A DNA stretch of 64,000 nucleotides from Armatimonadota bacterium (GCA_037445735.1 JBBIJY010000009.1:35241-99240), one strand, 5' to 3'. Numbered from the stretch's first letter, positions 29,473 to 39,794 are shown. Notes: a model not told the origin generated them from the letters alone. Made by a program: numbers and translations.

Positions 29473-30495
29473 TTACAGGTGTGCGAGCAACCGTTCCGTT
29501 GCCTCAATCACCGCCTCTTCGCGGAGTGAGGCGACACAGGTGGTGGGGTGATGCTGGCAGCGTATGCGTGTACAACCGGGGCAGTGCTCGTCGGGCACGA
29601 CAGTCTCGCTGGGAACCTGCCACGCATGCCACTGATGGGGCGGATAGTCGCGCCGAAAGTGGAGGGTGACGCAGGGCGTGCCGACCGCCGCTGTTAGATG
29701 CACCACGCCCGTGTCCACACTTATCAGCAGCCGTGCCCGCCGCAACACCTCCGCCAGCTCCAGAACTGTGATCGCGCCCACCAGATTGATGGCGTTGCTC
29801 TGGATGCTCTGCAGGCACCGCTTTGCCATTGTTATATCGCCTGGTGCCCCCGTCAGCACCGGCAGCAGGTGGTGCTGACGGGCAAGCCAGTTCGCCACCG
29901 CAGCAAATCGCTCTGGTAACCAGTGAGGCTGAACCCCGCCTGTACCCAGATGCAGCACCGCATAGCTCCTTTCGGGCAGAGCGCGAATGGCTGCCGGGAG
30001 CGCTGCTAACTCGCGCGGCGCGAAGTGGAGCGGATAGCGCGGCAGTGCGTGCCCTACCACCGCTTCCGCAATCGCCAGATTGCGCTCCACCTGATGCATT
30101 TTCGGCTCCAGCTTCACAACATGCGTGAGCAATCGCCTCACCGAAGGGCGCCCCTGCACCGCGCCCACCCGCAGGCAAACCCCTGCCTTCTTCGCAATCC
30201 AGGCGAAACGGCGCGTATCAGGGCGTAAAATCAACACCGCATCGGGACGCTGACGGTGCAGCTCCAGAGCAAGTCGCCAGCAGTGGAGCCACGAAGGGCG
30301 ATAAGGAACCCCGCGCACCGCATCAATCCACGGTGAAGCCTCTACCAGCGAGCGCCAGCGCGGGTTGAACCACGCCTCTATATAAAGCCCATCGACGGCT
30401 TCTTTCAGAGCCTGGAAAACAGGCGTCGCTAAAAGCGTCTCGCCCAGCTTGTCATCGGAGCGAACCACAATAATTCGCTTGATGGAGTTGTTCAT
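29473..30495 (-). CDS. Glycosyltransferase family 9 (heptosyltransferase-like)
   Basis: DKLGETLLATP, DTGVVHLTAAVGTP; start MNNSIKR. Confidence 0.88.
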   Translation of the reverse strand: MNNSIKRIIVVRSDDKLGETLLATPVFQALKEAVDGLYIEAWFNPRWRSLVEASPWIDAVRGVPYRPSWLHCWRLALELHRQRPDAVLILRPDTRRFAWIAKKAGVCLRVGAVQGRPSVRRLLTHVVKLEPKMHQVERNLAIAEAVVGHALPRYPLHFAPRELAALPAAIRALPERSYAVLHLGTGGVQPHWLPERFAAVANWLARQHHLLPVLTGAPGDITMAKRCLQSIQSNAINLVGAITVLELAEVLRRARLLISVDTGVVHLTAAVGTPCVTLHFRRDYPPHQWHAWQVPSETVVPDEHCPGCTRIRCQHHPTTCVASLREEAVIEATERLLAHL

Positions 30496-31486
30496 TGACA
30501 GCCTCCAGCACATCCTGCACAGCGATGGCTTGCATACAGGCAAGACGGTTATGACAGGTGCCGATGCGGCATGTCGGCGCGCAGAGCGAGGAGCGATCAA
30601 TAAACAGATGCCCCTCGCCAATCGGGGCGAAGCGGCGGGCGGAGCTGGGTCCAAAAAGCCCCACCACGCGCGTGCCCATCGCCGCCGCCAGATGCGCCGG
30701 TCCCGTGTCGCCACTGACGAGCACATCGAGCAGACCCAGACATACAATCAGCTCATCCAGGCTCAACTGCGCGGCAAGATTGATCGGCGTCTGATGCATC
30801 GCCTGCAGAACCGCCTGCACCTGCGGCAGGTCCGACCCCGCACCGAACAGCACCACATGCACCCCCGATTCAAGCAGGGCGTCGGCAACCTGGGCGAACC
30901 GTTCGGGAAACCATCGCTTGTTGGGCGCGCTGGCGCCTGGATTGATGCCCACCAGCGGTCGCTCCCCGCGCCAGCCTGCCTGCTCCAGCTTGCCCCGTGC
31001 CGTCTCCTCCGCTTTGGGATCGGGGAACAGCTCCAGCCGCCAGTCCGACACCTCACAACCCAGCCGCGCCACAATCGCCCGATTGAGATCGTTGATCTGG
31101 TGCGCATCGAGGTCCACAGGCACAGCATCGGTCAGCAGACGGCTGAAGTAGCGCTTGGCGCCGCCCACCCGACGCGGGATGCCCGCCAGAAAAGTGTGCA
31201 GGGTCTTCTCGTCGCTGTTGTCCAGGATCACGGCGAGGTCATAGCGTCCCCTGCGCAGGCGTATAATCTCGCGCAGCTTGCCTGTCAACCCGTTGCCGAG
31301 ATGCCGCAAATAGAGCGCGTCCAGATAGGGGCATCGCTGGAGCAGCGGGTAGCCGCGATTGCCTGTGATGACCGTGATGTGTGCCTGCGGATAGCGACGC
31401 CGCAGCGCCCGCAACGCCGGGATCACATAGACGGCATCTCCTAACCCCGCCCGTGTCAGCACCACAATCCGCTTCGGCTCGCCCAC
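30452..31486 (-). CDS. Glycosyltransferase family 9 (heptosyltransferase-like)
   Basis: GLGDAV, NPGAS..KRW, DTGPAHLAAAMG; GTG start. Confidence 0.9.
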   Translation of the reverse strand: MGEPKRIVVLTRAGLGDAVYVIPALRALRRRYPQAHITVITGNRGYPLLQRCPYLDALYLRHLGNGLTGKLREIIRLRRGRYDLAVILDNSDEKTLHTFLAGIPRRVGGAKRYFSRLLTDAVPVDLDAHQINDLNRAIVARLGCEVSDWRLELFPDPKAEETARGKLEQAGWRGERPLVGINPGASAPNKRWFPERFAQVADALLESGVHVVLFGAGSDLPQVQAVLQAMHQTPINLAAQLSLDELIVCLGLLDVLVSGDTGPAHLAAAMGTRVVGLFGPSSARRFAPIGEGHLFIDRSSLCAPTCRIGTCHNRLACMQAIAVQDVLEAVNEQLHQANYCGSLR

Positions 31487-31525
31487 AACCGCTATTGTAC
31501 CTCGCTGTTCGAGTACTATCAAACC

Positions 31526-31900
31526 ATGCAAAGCAAGCAGGTCAGGGTTGAGCATGGCAAACGCACGCGGCGGCAAGAGGCACTCTATCAGCGGGTGCAG
31601 GCGCTCTATCGGGAGGCAGGCATCGCGGTGCCGTCGATCCATCACGCTTCGCGGCTGATCGGCGCGCCGCCCGATGCCATCCGCGCGATGATTCAGATGG
31701 GCATCGAACGGGGCGAGTTTGTTGATGCGGGCGAAGGCATCTACTTCCCCATCGACACACTCCAGCAACTTGCGGAGCAGCTGCGCACGCTGCCAGAACC
31801 TGTCACCGTCGCGAAGGTGCGCGACCTGACCCAAAGCTCGCGACGCTATGCTGCTGCCGCCCTGCGCTGGCTCAAACGCAACGGCTGGATTCGCGGGTAA
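31526..31900 (+). CDS. Stand-alone SelB C-terminal winged-helix-like protein
   Basis: TVAKVRDLTQSSRRYA..L resembles the SelB WH4 'TVA.FRD..G.SRKYA..LL' pattern. Confidence 0.6.
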   Translation: MQSKQVRVEHGKRTRRQEALYQRVQALYREAGIAVPSIHHASRLIGAPPDAIRAMIQMGIERGEFVDAGEGIYFPIDTLQQLAEQLRTLPEPVTVAKVRDLTQSSRRYAAAALRWLKRNGWIRG

Positions 31901-31921
31901 AATAGAACTGGAGGTGCGCAG

Positions 31922-32251
31922 GTGCGAATCGAACTGCTGTACTACCCTGAATGCCCCTCGCACGAGCGGGCGCTGGAGCTGTTGAGGGAGGCACTGCGAG
32001 CCGAGGGCGTCGATGCGCCGATCGAGATTATCCGCATCGACACGCAGGCGCAGGCGGAGCAACACCGCTTCATCGGCTCGCCCACCATCCGCATCAACGG
32101 CATCGAGGTGGACCCTCACCCCGAACTGCCCTACCGCCTGACCTGTCGCACCTTCGTCCACGAGGATGGACGCCTGTCGCCCCTGCCCTCGCTGACCATG
32201 CTCCGACAGGCAATCCGTCAAGCGAAGGAGGTGAGCAACGATGGCACTTGA
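31922..32251 (+). CDS. Thioredoxin-fold protein (DUF2703-like, CPS motif)
   Basis: IELLYYPECPS, FIGSPTIRING, CR motif. Confidence 0.75.
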   Translation: MRIELLYYPECPSHERALELLREALRAEGVDAPIEIIRIDTQAQAEQHRFIGSPTIRINGIEVDPHPELPYRLTCRTFVHEDGRLSPLPSLTMLRQAIRQAKEVSNDGT

Positions 32252-32771
32252 AATCGGTCATTCGGCTTACGACTTTTCACTGCCTGGTGTGGATGGCAAG
32301 ACCTATTCGCTGAAAGACTTTGCCGATAAGCCAGTGCTGGTGCTGTTCTTCTGGTGCAATCACTGCCCTTATGTGAAAGCCTACGAAGATCGCGTGATCG
32401 CACTGGCGAAGGAGTTCGGCGACCGCGTGGCTTTCGTCGCGATTAATTCGAACGACCCGACGCAATACCCCGAAGACAGCTTCGAGGAGATGAAAAAACG
32501 CGCTGAGGAGAAGGGCTACCCCTTCCCCTATCTGTTCGACGAGACCCAGAGCGTGGCTCGCGCTTATCAGGCAACGCGCACGCCCGAGTTCTTCGTGTTT
32601 GACGAGGAGCGCGAGCTGAAATATCACGGACGCTTCGACGACAACTGGGAGAACCCTGACCAGGTACGGCAGGAGTTCGTGCGCGACGCGATTATCGCCC
32701 TGCTGAATAACGAAGTACCCCACTACTCCCAGACCCCACCAATCGGCTGCACCATCAAGTGGAAGGTGTAG
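32241..32771 (+). CDS. Thioredoxin/AhpC-TSA family protein
   Basis: CNHCPYV, AINSND, YLFDETQ, GCTIKW. Confidence 0.92.
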   Translation: MALEIGHSAYDFSLPGVDGKTYSLKDFADKPVLVLFFWCNHCPYVKAYEDRVIALAKEFGDRVAFVAINSNDPTQYPEDSFEEMKKRAEEKGYPFPYLFDETQSVARAYQATRTPEFFVFDEERELKYHGRFDDNWENPDQVRQEFVRDAIIALLNNEVPHYSQTPPIGCTIKWKV

Positions 32772-32794
32772 CTCTCACCCGCAGTTTCTGAACT

Positions 32795-32941
32795 CCCTCT
32801 CCCCCGCAAGCGGGGGAGAGGGTACGGGTGAGGGGGCTTTTTATCCTGCCAGGCTGAGAAAACCCCCACCCCGACCCTCTCCTTAGCAGGGAGAAACTAA
32901 GCCCCTCTCCCCCAAAGGGGGAGAGGGTACGGGTGAGGGGC
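32795..32941. repeat. Family A REP cluster
   Basis: Three CCCTCTCC...GGGAGA hairpin units. Confidence 0.88.
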
Positions 32942-33045
32942 TTAAAAACCCCTCGCGGACACCACAAACCCCTTCTGTCAACCCCAACATATCGGAAATT
33001 CGGGGTGATTTCGCCCAAATCTGGGGGTTTGTGGGGCTTAACCCC

Positions 33046-33074
33046 TTGACAAACGCGCATTCATGTGCTATAAT
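33046..33074 (+). promoter_or_regulatory. dcw operon sigma70 promoter
   Basis: TTGACA-17 nt-TATAAT. Confidence 0.85.
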
Positions 33075-33082
33075 ATATCCCA

Positions 33083-33120
33083 GTGGAGGATTGGTGGAGA
33101 CTCAGTGGTAGATCGGTGGT
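33083..33120 (+). promoter_or_regulatory. Putative MraZ operator, four GTGG boxes
   Basis: GTGG at 33083, 33094, 33105 and 33116 upstream of mraZ. Confidence 0.7.
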
Positions 33121-33148
33121 AAACGGACGCAAGCGACGGTGACGCGAC

Positions 33149-33592
33149 ATGGCGAAGTTTCAGGGCGGAAGCTACTATGCGGTGGATGACAAGGGGCGCA
33201 TTGTGATCCCGATGCGCTTCCGCTCGATGCTCGGCGAGCGGTTCATCATCACGCGCGGCTTCGGCGGCTGCCTGTTTGTTTTCACCACCGACCAGTGGCA
33301 GCGACTGGGCAGCAAGTTCGATGACGGCGCACTGTTTGACCCCCGCAAAATCCGCCTGCAACGCTTTCTGTACACCAACGCGACCGAAGTGATGCCCGAT
33401 AGTCAGGGTCGCGTCGCCATTCCGCAGGAGCTGCGCGAATGGGCGCAGATCGAGCCGAACTCGGAAGTGCTGATCGCCGGCTGTGCGAACTGGGTCGAAA
33501 TCTGGAGTCGCCCACGCTACGAAGCGCTCATGCGCACTGAGCTGGAGCAGGGCGACGAACTGATGGAGTTAGCCGTGCAGATGAACATCTGA
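33149..33592 (+). CDS. mraZ: Transcriptional regulator MraZ
   Basis: DDKGRIVIP and DSQGRVAIP repeats. Confidence 0.95.
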   Translation: MAKFQGGSYYAVDDKGRIVIPMRFRSMLGERFIITRGFGGCLFVFTTDQWQRLGSKFDDGALFDPRKIRLQRFLYTNATEVMPDSQGRVAIPQELREWAQIEPNSEVLIAGCANWVEIWSRPRYEALMRTELEQGDELMELAVQMNI

Positions 33593-33599
33593 GGTCGAT

Positions 33600-34535
33600 A
33601 TGCACAAGCCCGTAATGCTGGAACAGGTGCTTGGATTGCTGGAGCCGCCGCCCAAAGGCGTGGTGGTCGATGGAACGGTGGGGGCGGGCGGGCACGCGCG
33701 CGCCCTCGCCGAACGAATCGGACGGAGCGGAACCCTGATTGCCATCGACCGTGACGAAAGCATGCTTGAACTCGCCTACCAGCACCTGTGCGACCTGCCC
33801 ATCACACTCCACCTGATCCACGGGGATTATCGCCACCTGCCCGACATCCTGCACGAGCTGGGCATAACGGAGGTGGACGCGATTTTAATCGATATGGGCG
33901 TCTGCTCGGCGCAGCTGGACGACCCGCAGCGCGGGCTGGCGTTCCGCTACGACGCCCCGCTCGATATGCGCCTCGATCGCTCCCAGACGGAGACGGCAGC
34001 CACGCTGTTGCAGCGGGTCTCAGTGGGCGAGCTGGCGCGAATCCTGCGCGAATATGGGGGCGAACGCTGGGCGAACGCCATCGCGAAAGCGATTATCCGC
34101 CGACGCGAGGCAGGACGCATGAACACCACAGGCGACCTCGTTGCCGCCGTGCTGGAAGCCATCCCGCGCAAATATCAGGATAAACGCATCCACCCTGCTA
34201 CACGCACCTTTCAGGCGATTCGCATCGCGGTCAATCGCGAGCTGGATCGGCTTCAAGAATCGCTGGAAGCCATCTGCGGTTGCCTGCGCGTGGGCGGGCG
34301 CATCGTGACGCTGGCGTACCACTCGCTGGAGGACCGCGCGGTCAAGCACGCCTTCCGCAATCTGAGCGTGCGCCAGCCTGAACATGCGCTGGTGGGCGGC
34401 ACGCGCACGCCGTCATCCCCACGCCCGCAACTGCAGGTGCTGACGCCCAAACCACTGGAGCCAGCGGATGAGGAGATTTGTCAGAATCCGCGCGCCCGCA
34501 GTGCCAAACTGCGTGCAGCACAGCGCGTGGCATAG
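33600..34535 (+). CDS. rsmH: 16S rRNA m4C1402 methyltransferase
   Basis: HKPVML, DGTVGAGGH, HPATRTFQAIRI, NPRARSAKLR. Confidence 0.97.
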   Translation: MHKPVMLEQVLGLLEPPPKGVVVDGTVGAGGHARALAERIGRSGTLIAIDRDESMLELAYQHLCDLPITLHLIHGDYRHLPDILHELGITEVDAILIDMGVCSAQLDDPQRGLAFRYDAPLDMRLDRSQTETAATLLQRVSVGELARILREYGGERWANAIAKAIIRRREAGRMNTTGDLVAAVLEAIPRKYQDKRIHPATRTFQAIRIAVNRELDRLQESLEAICGCLRVGGRIVTLAYHSLEDRAVKHAFRNLSVRQPEHALVGGTRTPSSPRPQLQVLTPKPLEPADEEICQNPRARSAKLRAAQRVA

Positions 34536-34544
34536 CGAGAGGAC

Positions 34545-35012
34545 ATGGAGGTGCAACCCGTGAAGACCTTAACGAAACCAGGAACGGTACAGCACAGGAC
34601 GCATCCTGCCCCGCCATCAGGCGCGTGGGCGCCTGCTCGCGCTCGCCCTGCCAGACCCCCCCACACTCGCCGCAGGAGCAATCGGCTCGCGTTCATACTG
34701 CCCGTTGTGCTCTGCCTGCTGTTCGTTGCGGCGCATCTGACGGGGATTGCCCTGCTCAACTACGAGAGCGCGCGACGCACCGCTCTCGAAAAAGAGATTC
34801 AGCAGCTGCAGCAGCAGAATGAGGCGCTGCGAATGCGCCTGAACGCGCTCACAGCAGAGCCAGTCATCCAGCACTGGGCGCAGGCACAGGGCATGGTGCG
34901 TGCTGAGACCCAGAGCGCGGCGGTTGTCTCTGTTACCACCGTCGCTGCCGTTGACCATCCGCTGGCGATGGTCGCGACAGCGGCACGACCTTCACAGGAG
35001 GGAGAGATGTGA
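34545..35012 (+). CDS. ftsL: FtsL-like cell division protein
   Basis: Position between rsmH and ftsI; TM followed by coiled coil. Confidence 0.6.
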   Translation: MEVQPVKTLTKPGTVQHRTHPAPPSGAWAPARARPARPPHTRRRSNRLAFILPVVLCLLFVAAHLTGIALLNYESARRTALEKEIQQLQQQNEALRMRLNALTAEPVIQHWAQAQGMVRAETQSAAVVSVTTVAAVDHPLAMVATAARPSQEGEM

Positions 35013-36817
35013 AACAGCGGGGCACAGCGGTCGTGTATACAGCGGGCGAGGCGCGCCAGCGTCAGCAGGAGTCGCAGCGCCTCGCGGTCGCGGGCGGGCT
35101 GATGGCGCTGGGCGGCGTGCTGATTGTCGGGCGGCTCTTCACCCTGCAGGTGCTGCAGGCGCAGGAGATGCGTGAGGCAGCCCGCATCCGTCGTGAGCGC
35201 ACGCGCCCACTGCTCGCCCGACGCGGCGCGATCCTTGACCGCTATGGACGATCCCTCGCCCGCACCACTTTCCATTATCACCTGGCGATCGACCCGCGGA
35301 GCGTGCGCGATCCTGCCGCGACCGCTCGCTGGCTTGCGCACGGGCTGCAACTCGACGCGAACCGCCTGCAGGCTGCCATCGAAGGGGCACAGGCGAGCAA
35401 TGCCCGCTACCTGCGCATCGCCACCTTCGTGCCGCAGGCGCGTGCCGAACCGCTCCTGCAAGCCTATCGGCGCACACCCACCCGCGAGCGGCTCGCCATT
35501 CTCACGAGAGAGGTTGTGCCCTCGCGTGAGCTGCCCGAAGGGCGGCTCGCTGCGCAGGTCGTGGGGCTGACCACCCTCGAAGAGAACCGTGAACAGGGCA
35601 ATATGCTCAAGCCCCTTTGTGGGCTGGAGCTTTCGATGGACGCGCGACTGAACGGCAAAAACGGTCAGGAAGAGGGTGAGGTCGCGCCGAACGGCGCCAT
35701 CATTCCCGAAACTCTGCGCCGGCGGGTGCCGCCCGTCGATGGCGAACCCGTGCGACTCACGCTCGATATCGAAATTCAACAGGCTGTGGAGGATGCGCTG
35801 GACGACCTGATGCGCCGACATCAGCCTGCAGGCGCGCTGGCGATGGTGCTGAATGTGCGCACGGGCGAACTCCTCGCGCTCGCCAACCGCCCCACCTTTG
35901 ACCCCATCACGCGCAAAGGGCTGGAGCGTAGCGCCGAACCGCTGCGCAACCGCGCCATCACCTTCCTGTACGAGCCTGGCTCCACGCTCAAGCCAGTCGT
36001 GCTGGCTGCCGCGCTCGACGCGGGCATCGTGCGCCCAACAGACCGATTCTACTGCCGCAACCGTTTTGTGGTCAGTGGCAAACGCATCAATTGCGTGGTG
36101 CATGGGCGCTCGCACGGCTTGCAAACCGTTGAGGCGGTGCTGAAGAACTCCTGCAATGTTGCCTGTGCGCAGATTGGCTTGCGAATGGGGCTGGAGCGGT
36201 TGTACAGGGGGCTACAGCGGTTCCACCTGCTGGAGCCGACGGGCATCGAGCTGCCTTCGGAGTGGACGGGCTGGACGGAGCCACCCCAGCGCGTGCGATA
36301 TGGGCGTACCCTGCGCGAGGCGAACCTCGCCTTCGGGCAGGGCGTGTTCGTGACGCCCCTCGCGCTTGCCGCCGCCTACGCCGCGCTCGCCAACGACGGA
36401 CGCTGGATCCAGCCACACCTGCTCTACGGACGCACCGACCTGAAAACCACACAGGTGGTTCAGCCCGCAATCGCGCGGCTCATCCTGCACGCGCTGGTGC
36501 AGGCAGTGGAGGAGGGCACGGGCAGGCAGGCACAGATACCCGGCTACTGGATCGCGGGCAAAACGGGCACAGCGCAGAAAGCTATCCCCGAACGCGGCTA
36601 TGTGCGCGGCAAATATATCGCCTCCTTTATCGGCATCGTGCCCGCCGATGAGCCGCGCGCCGTCATCATGGTGCTTGCAGATGAACCGCGCAACGGCTAC
36701 TACGGTGGCGAGGTCGCAGCGCCCACCTTCCGCCGAATCGCCCAGTTCCTGCTCTGGTACTGGAAAATCCCGCCCAGCAGAGAACTTAAAAGCAGAGCGA
36801 GGTCTAACCGGGTATGA
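35009..36817 (+). CDS. ftsI: Class B penicillin-binding protein (FtsI)
   Basis: RGAILDR, EPGSTLK, SCN, KTGTAQ. Confidence 0.9.
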   Translation: MKQRGTAVVYTAGEARQRQQESQRLAVAGGLMALGGVLIVGRLFTLQVLQAQEMREAARIRRERTRPLLARRGAILDRYGRSLARTTFHYHLAIDPRSVRDPAATARWLAHGLQLDANRLQAAIEGAQASNARYLRIATFVPQARAEPLLQAYRRTPTRERLAILTREVVPSRELPEGRLAAQVVGLTTLEENREQGNMLKPLCGLELSMDARLNGKNGQEEGEVAPNGAIIPETLRRRVPPVDGEPVRLTLDIEIQQAVEDALDDLMRRHQPAGALAMVLNVRTGELLALANRPTFDPITRKGLERSAEPLRNRAITFLYEPGSTLKPVVLAAALDAGIVRPTDRFYCRNRFVVSGKRINCVVHGRSHGLQTVEAVLKNSCNVACAQIGLRMGLERLYRGLQRFHLLEPTGIELPSEWTGWTEPPQRVRYGRTLREANLAFGQGVFVTPLALAAAYAALANDGRWIQPHLLYGRTDLKTTQVVQPAIARLILHALVQAVEEGTGRQAQIPGYWIAGKTGTAQKAIPERGYVRGKYIASFIGIVPADEPRAVIMVLADEPRNGYYGGEVAAPTFRRIAQFLLWYWKIPPSRELKSRARSNRV

Positions 36818-38397
36818 GACGCTTGAGCGAACTGTTGCAGGAGGCTGGCGTGGCGCATCGGCTGTATGGCGACAGCTGGATTCGCGCCATCCAGGTCGAT
36901 TCGCGTCAGGTGCAGGCGGGCGATCTGTTCGTTGCGCTCAAAGGCACGCGCCATGACGGGCATCAGTTCCTGCAACAGGCGATTGAGCGGGGCGCCGCCG
37001 CGCTGCTGGTGAGCAACGCGAGCGCCATCCCGCCCAACGCACCCGCATGGGCACAGGTGGACGACACACGCGACGCACTGTGGCGGATTGCCCGGCAATT
37101 TTACGGGGACGCGAGCCGCCAGCTGAGGGTGGTGGGCGTCACGGGCACCAACGGCAAGACCACCACCACGCACCTGATGCGCGCGATTTTCGAGGCGGCA
37201 GGTCTGCCCTGTGCGCTGATTGGCACGCTGGGCGCCGCGCTACCCCACCTACTGGAAGATGCCCCCTCACCCGTACCCTCTCCCCAAAAGGGGAAGAGGG
37301 GTATAGAGAATCCCCTCTCCCACGCTGTGGGGGAGGGGGCAGGGGGCGAGGGACCTGCCCTGACCACGCCGGAGCCGTTTGTGCTGCAGGCGCTGTTGTG
37401 CCGTGCGCTGGAGCGGGGCGCCCGCGCCGTCGCGATGGAGGTCTCCTCGCACGCGCTCGACCAGCGCCGCGCCGATGGCATCCGCTTCGACGCAGGCATC
37501 TTCACCAACCTCACGCCTGAACATCTGGACTATCACCCCACGATGGAGGCTTACGCCGCCGCCAAACTGCGTCTGTTCACCGAGCTGGCACGCCAGTCGG
37601 GCAAGCCGTTCCGCGCCGTTATCAATCTCGATGCGGAATGGGGCGGGTGGTTCGCCGAGCGTGCCGAAGGCGAGCTGTGGACTTACGGCACACAGCCGAA
37701 CGCGCGCGTGCGAGCCACCGAGGTGCAGATTCACACCGATGGCATCCAGTTCATCGTGCAGGCGGATGCCGGCAAGCCGTTGCGCTTCCCTGCCCGCATT
37801 CGGCTCAGTGCACCGTACAACCTGCAGAATGCGCTGGGCGCGATTGCCGCCGCGCTCAGCCTCGAACTGCCGATTGAAGCCATTCAGGTGGGTCTGCTGC
37901 GTGTGGAGCGGGTGCCCGGGCGCTTCGAGCGCGTGCCCATCGATGCCCCCTTCACCGTGATTGTGGACTACGCGCACACGCCCGACGCCCTCCGACGCCT
38001 GCTGGAGGCGGCGCGGGCGCTGGAACCCACACGCCTCACCATCCTGTTCGGCTGCGGGGGCGACCGCGACCCGACCAAACGCCCCGTGATGGGCGCCATC
38101 GCCACTGAACTCGCTGACCGCGTGATCCTGACCTCCGATAACCCGCGCACCGAACCACCCGAACGCATCCTTGAGCAAATAGTGGCAGGCATCCCGCCCG
38201 AACGACGCGAGAAAGTGGTGGCGATTGAACCCGATCGGCGCACCGCAATCGCGATTGCTCTGGAGCAGGCGATCGCGGGCGAGCTGATCCTGCTAACAGG
38301 CAAGGGACACGAGAACTATCAGATTATCGGCACGACAAAGTTTCCGTTCAGCGATCGTGAGACCGTGCTGGAGTTGATGGGAGCGAAGCGAGCATGA
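36814..38397 (+). CDS. murE: UDP-MurNAc-tripeptide synthetase MurE
   Basis: GTNGKTTT, MEVSSH, DYAHTPD, DNPR. Confidence 0.96.
   Translation: MRRLSELLQEAGVAHRLYGDSWIRAIQVDSRQVQAGDLFVALKGTRHDGHQFLQQAIERGAAALLVSNASAIPPNAPAWAQVDDTRDALWRIARQFYGDASRQLRVVGVTGTNGKTTTTHLMRAIFEAAGLPCALIGTLGAALPHLLEDAPSPVPSPQKGKRGIENPLSHAVGEGAGGEGPALTTPEPFVLQALLCRALERGARAVAMEVSSHALDQRRADGIRFDAGIFTNLTPEHLDYHPTMEAYAAAKLRLFTELARQSGKPFRAVINLDAEWGGWFAERAEGELWTYGTQPNARVRATEVQIHTDGIQFIVQADAGKPLRFPARIRLSAPYNLQNALGAIAAALSLELPIEAIQVGLLRVERVPGRFERVPIDAPFTVIVDYAHTPDALRRLLEAARALEPTRLTILFGCGGDRDPTKRPVMGAIATELADRVILTSDNPRTEPPERILEQIVAGIPPERREKVVAIEPDRRTAIAIALEQAIAGELILLTGKGHENYQIIGTTKFPFSDRETVLELMGAKRA
37261..37351. repeat. Family A REP pair in-frame within murE
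   Basis: Encodes [31 protein letters not shown]. Confidence 0.85.
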
Positions 38398-39794
38398 GAG
38401 CGATGACCTTACGCGAGGTTGCGCAGGCGTTGCATGCGAGCCTGCCTGTGCTGCTGACGGGCGAGGAGCGCGTGCAGGGCGTCACGACCGACAGTCGCAC
38501 GGTGCAGGCGGGCGACCTGTTCTTTGCGCTGCGGGGCGAACGCACCGATGGACACATGTACCTGCAGGAGGTGTTCGCGAAGGGCGCGGTCGCTGCGGTG
38601 GTGGAGTATATCCCGATTGGCGCGGAAGGGCTGCCCCTGCTGCGCGTGCCCTCCACCCTGCAGGCGCTGGGCACGCTGGCGCACCACTACCGCATGCAGA
38701 TGCCCGATCTGGTGGTGATCGGCATCACAGGCAGCACGGGCAAGACCACCACGCGCGCGATGACCGCCGCCGCGCTTGAAGCGGGCTATCCTGGCGCCAT
38801 CCAGAGCAGCCCGGGCAACTTCAACACCGAGATTGGCGTGCCGCTCACCATCTTCGGGCTGGAGGCGCACCATCGGCTGCTGGTGCAGGAGATGGCGATG
38901 CGCGGGCGCGGGCAAATCGCCTACCTTGCCGGGATCGCCCGCCCGCAAATCGGCGTCATCACTCAAATCGGCTGGTCACACATCGAGCTGCTGGGCAGCC
39001 GTCAGGCGATTGCGGAGGCGAAGGGCGAGCTGCTGCTGGCATTGCCACCCGACGGGTGGGCAATCCTGCCCCGCGACGACAGGTTCTATGAGTTCCTGCG
39101 TTCGCTGGCGCCCTGCCCCGTGCTGACCTTCGGACGCCATCCCGAATCGGACGCCTGCCTGCTCGAAACGCGCCTTGCGCCCGACAGCACCACAGGCGTC
39201 ATCCAGATTCGGATACCCGCCACCGGCGAGCGAGCGATTGTCGAACTCACCCTGCCCTATCTGGGCGAGCATCTGCTGATGAACGCGACGGTCGCCCTGC
39301 TGGTCGCTGCCGTGCTGGGTGTCGATCTGGAGCGGGCTGCCCGCGCGCTGGCGCAGGTGCAACTGCCCGAGATGCGCATGAACATTCAGCCCCAGCCCGG
39401 CGGCTGGACGCTCATCAACGACGCCTACAACGCGAACCCCGATTCGATGCGCGCGGCGCTGCAGGTGCTGCTCTATCAGGCGCCTGCTAAACGCCGGATC
39501 GCCATTCTGGGCGATATGAAGGAGCTGGGCGCCTACAGTATGCGCCTGCACTGGCAACTGGGGCGCTGGCTTGCCACTCAGCCGCTCGATTACCTGATTC
39601 TGGTCGGCTACGATGTGCTATGGACGGCGGCTGCCGCCAGGGAGGGCGGGTTCCCCCCTCAGCGCGTGCTGCACTTCGAGAACCCGCTGAGCGCAGGGGA
39701 GTGGCTCTGGCGCAATGTGCAAAAGGGCGACTGGGTACTGCTCAAAGGCTCCCGCGCCATCGGACTGGAACGCATCATGGGCGTGAAGGCGTAA
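38394..39794 (+). CDS. murF: UDP-MurNAc-pentapeptide ligase MurF
   Basis: GSTGKTTT, NTEIGVP, NDAYNANPDSM, KGSR. Confidence 0.96.
   Translation: MRAMTLREVAQALHASLPVLLTGEERVQGVTTDSRTVQAGDLFFALRGERTDGHMYLQEVFAKGAVAAVVEYIPIGAEGLPLLRVPSTLQALGTLAHHYRMQMPDLVVIGITGSTGKTTTRAMTAAALEAGYPGAIQSSPGNFNTEIGVPLTIFGLEAHHRLLVQEMAMRGRGQIAYLAGIARPQIGVITQIGWSHIELLGSRQAIAEAKGELLLALPPDGWAILPRDDRFYEFLRSLAPCPVLTFGRHPESDACLLETRLAPDSTTGVIQIRIPATGERAIVELTLPYLGEHLLMNATVALLVAAVLGVDLERAARALAQVQLPEMRMNIQPQPGGWTLINDAYNANPDSMRAALQVLLYQAPAKRRIAILGDMKELGAYSMRLHWQLGRWLATQPLDYLILVGYDVLWTAAAAREGGFPPQRVLHFENPLSAGEWLWRNVQKGDWVLLKGSRAIGLERIMGVKA

Noticed and set aside
31487-32221. Long N-terminal part of the 589-aa GT9 ORF
   Set aside because: Overlaps two real plus-strand genes; GT9 homology starts near 31486
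31922-32771. Selenoproteins next to the SelB-like domain
   Set aside because: Redox sites are encoded by TGC; no in-frame TGA
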